Shown one piece after another: positions 58,371 to 64,000 of a stretch of 64,000 bases of DNA. The translations under genes were made by a program, and so were the position numbers. The notes under the pieces are model-generated. The model saw nothing but the letters and a program-made list of their open reading frames with translations, was not told the DNA's origin and searched no databases. The first letter of the stretch is position 1. Each line of letters begins with the position of its first letter. Source of the stretch: Gammaproteobacteria bacterium (lineage in GTDB: Bacteria > Pseudomonadota > Gammaproteobacteria > Natronospirales > REEB76); the NCBI GenBank assembly GCA_049591615.1, contig JBAWFD010000078.1, positions 5,340 through 69,339 of the forward strand. Reading direction: 5' to 3'.

Positions 58371-58877
58371 ATGAAATCCGAACACCGTACCCTATTAATC
58401 GCTGTCATATGCGGCGGATTCGTGGCCGGCACCATCGACATCGGCGCCGCGGCTTTGATCAATTGGCTCAGTCCGGTCACGATCCTGCACGCTGTAGCCA
58501 GCGGTTTGTTGGGAAAACAATCATTCACTGATGGCGGCTCTGCGGCGATATTGGGACTGGGGTTGCAATGGGGAATGTCACTCATCATCGCGGCCATATT
58601 CGTCGCTGCTGCGCAACGCTTGCCTTCACTTACCCGGCGCTGGATAACCAGCGGCATAAGTTACGGCGTGTTGATTTTTCTGGTCATGAACTATTTGGTG
58701 GTACCGCTATCTGCCGCTCCGTGGAATCCCTGGAAACGGCAGTTCAGTGCTGAGAAGTTCATCGAAAACCTACTGGCAATGATCCTGTTTGGACTGATCG
58801 TATCTTCGTGCGCACGTTATCTCGCTTTCAGGAACTCGCCTAGCCATCGGGAAAATGTGTCCGTTCCTCCAACTTGA
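58371..58877 (+). CDS. Hypothetical inner-membrane protein (4 predicted TM)
   Basis: 168-aa hydrophobic ORF. No family confidently recognised. Confidence 0.55.
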   Translation: MKSEHRTLLIAVICGGFVAGTIDIGAAALINWLSPVTILHAVASGLLGKQSFTDGGSAAILGLGLQWGMSLIIAAIFVAAAQRLPSLTRRWITSGISYGVLIFLVMNYLVVPLSAAPWNPWKRQFSAEKFIENLLAMILFGLIVSSCARYLAFRNSPSHRENVSVPPT

Positions 58878-58902
58878 TTCTCCTGGATGAACAAGTCGGT
58901 TC

Positions 58903-60480
58903 TTAGAAGGTCCTGACATTCGCGGCTTGCCAGGGTTGCATATAGAGCACTGCTGCCCGGCCTTCAAGAATGTCGCCGGTGTCCAGGTACGGGTACAGTT
59001 CCCGGTAGGTCTTGATTTCCGTAAGCGACACGCGGCGGTTAAGAAGCTCCGGTCTAAGTTGGCCGGGATCGGTGAGTCCCGCAGCTGCCAGTACCCACAT
59101 GAAATTGCGAATGGTGTTGTGGTGGTAGTTGCACACGCGCTGGGCTTTATCCTTGACCACCAATCCCTGCACGCGCCAGGGATCCTGGGTAGTGACGCCG
59201 GTCGGACAGGTATTGGTATGGCAGCGGCGCGCCTGGATGCAGCCGAGCGCGAACATCATGCCGCGTGCCGAGTTACACATATCCGCACCCATGGCGATCT
59301 TGGCAGCCACGTCGAAACCGCTGACAATCTTGCCGCTGGCCATGACACGGATTTCCTTGCGCAAGCCGGTACCCACCAGGGCGTTGTGCACGAAGATGAG
59401 CGCGTCCAGCAGCGGCATGCCCATGAAGTCGGAGAGTTCCTGGGGCGCGGCGCCGGTGCCGCCCTCGCCGCCGTCCACGGTGATGAAATCCACCAGGATC
59501 TTGGTCTCCAGCATGGCCTTGAGGATGGCCATGAACTGTTCCCGGCGGCCGACACACAGTTTGAAGCCCACCGGTTTGCCGCCACTCATGTGCCGCAACT
59601 GTTGCACCCACTCGAGCATTGCTAATGGCGTCGAGAACGCACTGTGATAGGGCGGCGAATCCACGTCGTGGCCCTGCGGCACGCCGCGCGCTTCAGCGAT
59701 ATCGCGGCTGACCTTGGCCGCCGGCAGGATGCCGCCGCCGCCGGGTTTGGCGCCCTGGGAGAGTTTGATGGCGATCATTTTTACGTTATCCAGGGTGGCA
59801 TGTTCCCGGTACTGCAGGGCATCGAATTTGCCATCTTTAGCGCGGCAGCCAAAGTAGCCGGTGCCCAGTTCCCAGATGAGGTCACCACCGGGTTTCAAGT
59901 GATAGCGGCTGATGCCGCCTTCACCGGTATCGTGGGCGAAGCCGCCGAGTTTGGCGCCGGTATTCAGCGCCTGGATGGCATTGGCCGACAGCGCCCCGAA
60001 ACTCATGGCGGAAATATTGAAATGAGAAGCCATGTAAGGTTTGCTGCACTGACTACTGCCGACTTTCACCCGGGGTTCGTCTTTCTGTGGCCAGAGCGCA
60101 GTGATGGAATGGTTGATCCATTCGTAGCCGCTGCGATACACGTTCTCGATGGTACCAAAGGGGTGCAGTAACCCCTGGTCCTTAGCGCGTTGATACACCA
60201 TCTCGCGCTGTTCACGAGCAAACGGCAGGCCTTCCATGTCGCCTTCGATGAAGTATTGGCGTATCTGGGTATGGATATCCTCGAAGGCGTAACGCAGATG
60301 TCCGAAGATCGGATAGTTACGCAGGATGGTATGGTGTGTCTGAGTCAGATCGTAGATGGCCAACACCACCAGCGCCCCAACGATACTGAACAGCCACCAG
60401 AATGGATGCCAGAAAACACCGATGACGGCGGTGGCCATGAGCAAGATGAGCAAGGTGATGACGACGGATCGTATTTTCAT
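58903..60480 (-). CDS. FMN-binding glutamate synthase family protein (GltS domain-2-like), membrane-anchored
   Basis: N-terminal TM helices, then the Glu_synthase TIM-barrel pattern (LSQGAKPGGGG, ITVDGGEGGTGAAP, VMASGKI). I used the ATG at 60480 (MKIRSVV); the ORF-track start at 60504 is GTG. Confidence 0.85.
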   Translation of the reverse strand: MKIRSVVITLLILLMATAVIGVFWHPFWWLFSIVGALVVLAIYDLTQTHHTILRNYPIFGHLRYAFEDIHTQIRQYFIEGDMEGLPFAREQREMVYQRAKDQGLLHPFGTIENVYRSGYEWINHSITALWPQKDEPRVKVGSSQCSKPYMASHFNISAMSFGALSANAIQALNTGAKLGGFAHDTGEGGISRYHLKPGGDLIWELGTGYFGCRAKDGKFDALQYREHATLDNVKMIAIKLSQGAKPGGGGILPAAKVSRDIAEARGVPQGHDVDSPPYHSAFSTPLAMLEWVQQLRHMSGGKPVGFKLCVGRREQFMAILKAMLETKILVDFITVDGGEGGTGAAPQELSDFMGMPLLDALIFVHNALVGTGLRKEIRVMASGKIVSGFDVAAKIAMGADMCNSARGMMFALGCIQARRCHTNTCPTGVTTQDPWRVQGLVVKDKAQRVCNYHHNTIRNFMWVLAAAGLTDPGQLRPELLNRRVSLTEIKTYRELYPYLDTGDILEGRAAVLYMQPWQAANVRTF

Positions 60481-60680
60481 GAATGGCCCTTTTTCGAAAA
60501 CCACATGGCGCAGAGTTTGATTAGTGTCTGCCGGAGATACGTGGTGATCATCGCAGAGGAGCCCGGATTATACGCCTGCAGCCCGGAAATCAAGCCCCAG
60601 AAAACCGCAGGGTGCCGGCACAGATACAGTCGAGTACACTGCGTTGAGTTGCCACAGCGCTTGAAGCTATTTCCATCGGC

Positions 60681-61961
60681 ATGAATATCCTAATTGTCGA
60701 TCATTCCAAGGTGTTCCGCACCGTCCTGCACAAGATGGTGACGACTCTTGGTCATCACCCGATCTCCGTAGACAGTGCCGAGCAAGCCGTGGATGTGCTG
60801 CACAAAGAGCCGGTCGGACTGGTATGTGCAGCCTTGACACTGCCAGGTATGAATGGCATTACTCTTTGCCAGCAAGTGCGCTCGCTGCCCCAATATCTCA
60901 AGACACCTTACATACTGCTAACCTCCACCGATGATCAGCGGCTGCGACACGAAGCTTTCGAAGCCGGGGTGACCGAAATCCAGGAGCGCGCCGACGCCAA
61001 GGAACTCACCGACCGGCTGAGCCGTTTCTTCATGGACGAGCAGGAGGAAGTGCACGGCAAGGTGCTGTACATCGAGGACAGCCAGGTGGCGGCGCACATC
61101 ATTATCAAGCTGCTGACGCAGATGAGCTTGCACGTGGATCACTTCCGCGTAGCGGAAGAAGCGTTGGCAGCCTTCGAGAAAGAGGATTACGACCTCATCA
61201 TCAGCGATATCCTGCTGGAGGGATCCATCAGTGGCGTGGGCATCGTGAGCCGGGTACGCAACCTGAAAACCCGTAAGCGCCGTGTGCCGATCCTGGCGCT
61301 CTCCGGTGTAGACGACCCCTCGCGACGCATCGAACTGTTCCGCCTGGGTGTCAATGACTATACAACCAAGCCTCCGCTTGAAGAGGAGGTGCGTGCGCGG
61401 GTGCGCAATCTCATTATCAACAAACAGTTACTGGATCAGGTGGAAAGACAGTCGCACCAGCTGTATGAAATGGCGATGAAGGACCAGCTCACAGGTCTAT
61501 ATAACCGCAACTCGTTGCGGGAATTCGCCCCCAAATATTTCAGCAATGCCGCTCGCTACGATTATCCCATGAGCCTGCTGGTCATCGATCTGGATCATTT
61601 CAAGAACATCAACGACAGTCACGGCCATCTGGCAGGCGACAATGTGCTGGCGCAGACTGGCGCGATGCTGCGCCAGGCCTGCCGTGAAGGCGACCTGGCT
61701 GCGCGCGTCGGCGGTGAGGAGTTCGTGGTGCTGCTGAATCACTGTGCGGCGGATGATGCCCGCAGTCGCGCTACAGAGATTTGCCGGACGATCGAAGCGC
61801 TGCGTCCCGAGGGCGTGACAGTCACCGCCAGCATCGGCGTGAGCGCGCGCCGCCAAGGTCAGTCAGTGAAATTCGAGGAATTATTCAAGATTGCCGATCA
61901 CGCGATGTACGAAGCCAAGAAGCAGGGCCGCAACCGTGTAGCGTTCGTGCCCTACCGTTGA
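60681..61961 (+). CDS. Response regulator with two receiver domains (first degenerate) and a GGDEF output domain
   Basis: 426 aa. REC1 lacks the phospho-Asp (Ala51 in VCAALTLPGMNG). REC2 has ED, D in IISDILLEG, ALSG and TTKP. The GGDEF domain has GGEEF and I-site REGD. Confidence 0.85.
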   Translation: MNILIVDHSKVFRTVLHKMVTTLGHHPISVDSAEQAVDVLHKEPVGLVCAALTLPGMNGITLCQQVRSLPQYLKTPYILLTSTDDQRLRHEAFEAGVTEIQERADAKELTDRLSRFFMDEQEEVHGKVLYIEDSQVAAHIIIKLLTQMSLHVDHFRVAEEALAAFEKEDYDLIISDILLEGSISGVGIVSRVRNLKTRKRRVPILALSGVDDPSRRIELFRLGVNDYTTKPPLEEEVRARVRNLIINKQLLDQVERQSHQLYEMAMKDQLTGLYNRNSLREFAPKYFSNAARYDYPMSLLVIDLDHFKNINDSHGHLAGDNVLAQTGAMLRQACREGDLAARVGGEEFVVLLNHCAADDARSRATEICRTIEALRPEGVTVTASIGVSARRQGQSVKFEELFKIADHAMYEAKKQGRNRVAFVPYR

Positions 61962-62020
61962 TACGAAAAACCCGCGATGCCATCCGGATACGGTTCGTCG
62001 TCGAGTTATGAGCGGCTGCT

Positions 62021-62443
62021 TTATGAATTGATACCGGTTATAGCCGTCAGCAAGAACGCCATCACCAGGATAGCAAGCAGTCGATGGCCGGTATCCAGCA
62101 GCCAGGCGGCGACCTTGCGCCGCGAGATCAGGGTGTCCACCAGGGAAGGCGCGGCCGTGAATCCCAGCCATAGGAGCACGCCCGCTACCAGCGCCGTCCC
62201 GAGCCCGGCATCGTGCCCTGCGAACACCAGACACAGCGCCAAGATGAATGCCTGCAGAATGCTGCAGACCAGCGCCACCAGGTAGCGCTGCCAGCGGCCG
62301 CCGGATTCAATATCCTGCAGCAGATGCGGGTTGGCCTTGAGCCACAGGGGACCGAAGGTGAAGGGTAGATACCACACGGCGCCCACGATGAACCCTCCGA
62401 CGCCGGCGATTATCACCGCAAGATAATTAATCTGACTGAGCAT
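62021..62443 (-). CDS. DUF1761 family membrane protein
   Basis: 140 aa. The N-terminus INYLAVIIAGVGGFIVGAVWYLPFTFGPLW is typical of DUF1761. Confidence 0.7.
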   Translation of the reverse strand: MLSQINYLAVIIAGVGGFIVGAVWYLPFTFGPLWLKANPHLLQDIESGGRWQRYLVALVCSILQAFILALCLVFAGHDAGLGTALVAGVLLWLGFTAAPSLVDTLISRRKVAAWLLDTGHRLLAILVMAFLLTAITGINS

Positions 62444-62511
62444 AGGTTTCTCCCACCGACTTGCGGTCCAGTTTAGCAGCGACGCCCGTGTGCATGCGAG
62501 GCTAGTGAAAA

Positions 62512-63090
62512 TCAGGTAAGTGGCTTCGGCCGCACAGTTTTGTCATCGTTCCCAGTGACTGATCGGCTCTTGATGATGACGCCGGCGTAGTAACAGATGT
62601 AATAGCCCGCCAGCAGAAAATAGAGACCCAATGTCAGTGGACTATGCTGGTAACTGGCAAACGGGTTCATTTGCATTTGCGGATTCTGGTGCGCCTGCTG
62701 TAAGGCGCCATGCAGCATCGGATATACGACGAAGAAGCGATAGATGATCCGGCCGATGAACAGCGCGGTCACCGTCATGCCGATATAAATGTTAGGTGTG
62801 TAAAACCGGCCCTCAGGGGTGACTTCGTATTGCGTGTGGGCGATGGCATACAACGCCAACACCAGGCCCAAGAACGCACCCAGCAGCGCCGCCATGTAAC
62901 CCTTGACTGAACCAAAGGGTGACAACAGCAACACCAGGCAGACGATGCCCAATATGAGCATGCGAATGATCATGCGGTTCTGTCGCAATGGCTGTCGGCC
63001 GAAGTTACGCCGGAAACGTCGATACAGGACGAACAGCACCAACGCTGCGATCAGGAGCGTGCTGCCGAGATTGGCAAGGGATGGATGCAT
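62512..63090 (-). CDS. Hypothetical polytopic membrane protein (possibly DUF1453/CcdC-like)
   Basis: 192 aa. A TM helix is followed by the basic stretch YRRFRRNFGRQPLRQNR and further TM helices. The family assignment is tentative. Confidence 0.5.
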   Translation of the reverse strand: MHPSLANLGSTLLIAALVLFVLYRRFRRNFGRQPLRQNRMIIRMLILGIVCLVLLLSPFGSVKGYMAALLGAFLGLVLALYAIAHTQYEVTPEGRFYTPNIYIGMTVTALFIGRIIYRFFVVYPMLHGALQQAHQNPQMQMNPFASYQHSPLTLGLYFLLAGYYICYYAGVIIKSRSVTGNDDKTVRPKPLT

Positions 63091-63139
63091 GTATTACCGC
63101 CTGGTATGCGCGCCGCACTCTAGCATGGGACCGTTGGGT

Positions 63140-63844
63140 TCAGGAATCGTTGCCTATGATCAACAGTTGTGTGCCTTCCGGGGCAGTCAAACATATCCCC
63201 GCAGCCGGCTGTGTCGTTGTGACCGGAATATTGCGCCGCAGCAACTGTTCGGTGAGGTCTTCAGGCCGGTGCCGCAGAAACACCATCAGTGGCCGGCCGA
63301 GGGTGACCGGCTGCTGCAAATCGATATTCAAACCACCGGTGGCCAGCCTCACGCCTTGCGCATGCACCGCATCTGACCCGGTACAGATCAGACCCAATGA
63401 TTCCCAAAAACTGCGGCTGGCCTTTGGATCACGCGCATGCATACGGTATTCATCGAAGTAGCCGCACAGACAAGCGGTGTTAGGTGAGCTGAGTGGTGAA
63501 CAGGTGCGGGCTTCCAGCAGGGTGATCATCTGCCGGTCGGGAGCGTAGAAACCCGCCTCGTTGAACTGGTCGTCGCCCAGTTTGCTGAACTCGATCTGAA
63601 TACCGAGCGCTTCGAAATCGGGCAGCTGACGGCGCAGATCCGGTTGCACGAAGGTCAGCGATGGCGAGGGAAAAGCATACTGGTGCAGGCCCAGATACAC
63701 CTGCCCGTCGCTCACCACTGCATACGGGTGGGTCCAGATATCATTGTTGACAGGCGTCCGTTCGAAGCCCAGGCGCAGATAGAAATCCAGGGAAGCCAGG
63801 ATATCCGGTGTCTGGATGCTGATCTCCAGGAAGTTGCCGAGCAT
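63140..63844 (-). CDS. VOC (glyoxalase/bleomycin-resistance/dioxygenase) family protein, two-module
   Basis: I set the start at MLGNFLEISIQTPDILASLDFYLRLGFE (ATG 63842-63844), 10 nt after the hemH stop. The longer ORF would overlap hemH. Confidence 0.6.
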   Translation of the reverse strand: MLGNFLEISIQTPDILASLDFYLRLGFERTPVNNDIWTHPYAVVSDGQVYLGLHQYAFPSPSLTFVQPDLRRQLPDFEALGIQIEFSKLGDDQFNEAGFYAPDRQMITLLEARTCSPLSSPNTACLCGYFDEYRMHARDPKASRSFWESLGLICTGSDAVHAQGVRLATGGLNIDLQQPVTLGRPLMVFLRHRPEDLTEQLLRRNIPVTTTQPAAGICLTAPEGTQLLIIGNDS

Positions 63845-63854
63845 GCTGGTTGAC

Positions 63855-64000
63855 TCAAACGGCGAGCTGCGCCGATACCAGCTCAGCGAGAGCCTGGATA
63901 TGTTCAGGGCGGTCATTGAGCGCCGGGATATAGCGCAGCCTCTCGCCACCGGCTTGTAGAAAAGTTTCTGCATAGCGCAGGCCGATCTCCTCCAGGGTCT
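63855..64000 (-). CDS. hemH: Ferrochelatase, C-terminal 47 codons (gene runs off the window end)
   Basis: The reverse strand reads ...TLEEIGLRYAETFLQAGGERLRYIPALNDRPEHIQALAELVSAQLAV*, matching the conserved ferrochelatase C-terminus (ETLEEI...GG...YIPALND..EHI). Confidence 0.75.
   Translation of the reverse strand, partial: TLEEIGLRYAETFLQAGGERLRYIPALNDRPEHIQALAELVSAQLAV

Overview
Gene-dense segment that looks like proteobacterial (Beta/Gamma-like) core chromosome. I support 62 protein-coding features, two of them partial at the window edges and one frameshifted. By eye the background is about 60% G+C. All family names come from motifs I recognise in the supplied translations; no search or HMM was run.

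Layout:
- 1-7.8 kb: F1Fo ATP synthase operon (atpIBEFHAG plus the first codons of atpD), then parB-parA-rsmG.
- 7.8-34.8 kb, all minus strand: an orphan GspE/PilB-type ATPase, a thioredoxin-NHL protein, a Zn-ADH, PPK2, a plant/fungal-type (P3A) H+-ATPase and a lower-GC patch (short MscS, orphan secreted protein, DDAH). These are followed by a Rieske oxygenase, a frameshifted DUF924 gene, an S9 peptidase and a methylcitrate cluster (AcuI-like, prpB, prpC, ArsN2-like GNAT, prpD). The run ends with an OMP, a CHASE2 Ser/Thr kinase and a small periplasmic/membrane gene run.
- 34.9-64 kb, mixed strands: CPA2 antiporter, purT, yajQ, GST, a YtrA-type GntR/ABC module, mdh, S10 carboxypeptidase, thioesterase-fadE, two GGDEF proteins, dinB, gspA-gspB, an FMN glutamate-synthase-like protein, small membrane proteins, a VOC protein and the 3' end of hemH.

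I found no rRNA, tRNA, CRISPR array, transposase, integrase, reverse transcriptase or recognisable defence gene. Nothing here is demonstrably a new system.

The best candidates for a second look are:
- the five-gene module at 39.4-42.9 kb, whose first gene encodes a membrane-anchored protein with three TonB-box-like LGxIVVxP repeats;
- the bacterial P3A H+-ATPase next to PPK2;
- the orphan secretion ATPase sitting where mnmG normally lies;
- the CHASE2-STK gene run.

Many long ORFs in the six-frame track are antisense shadows of real genes in GC-rich DNA and were rejected.
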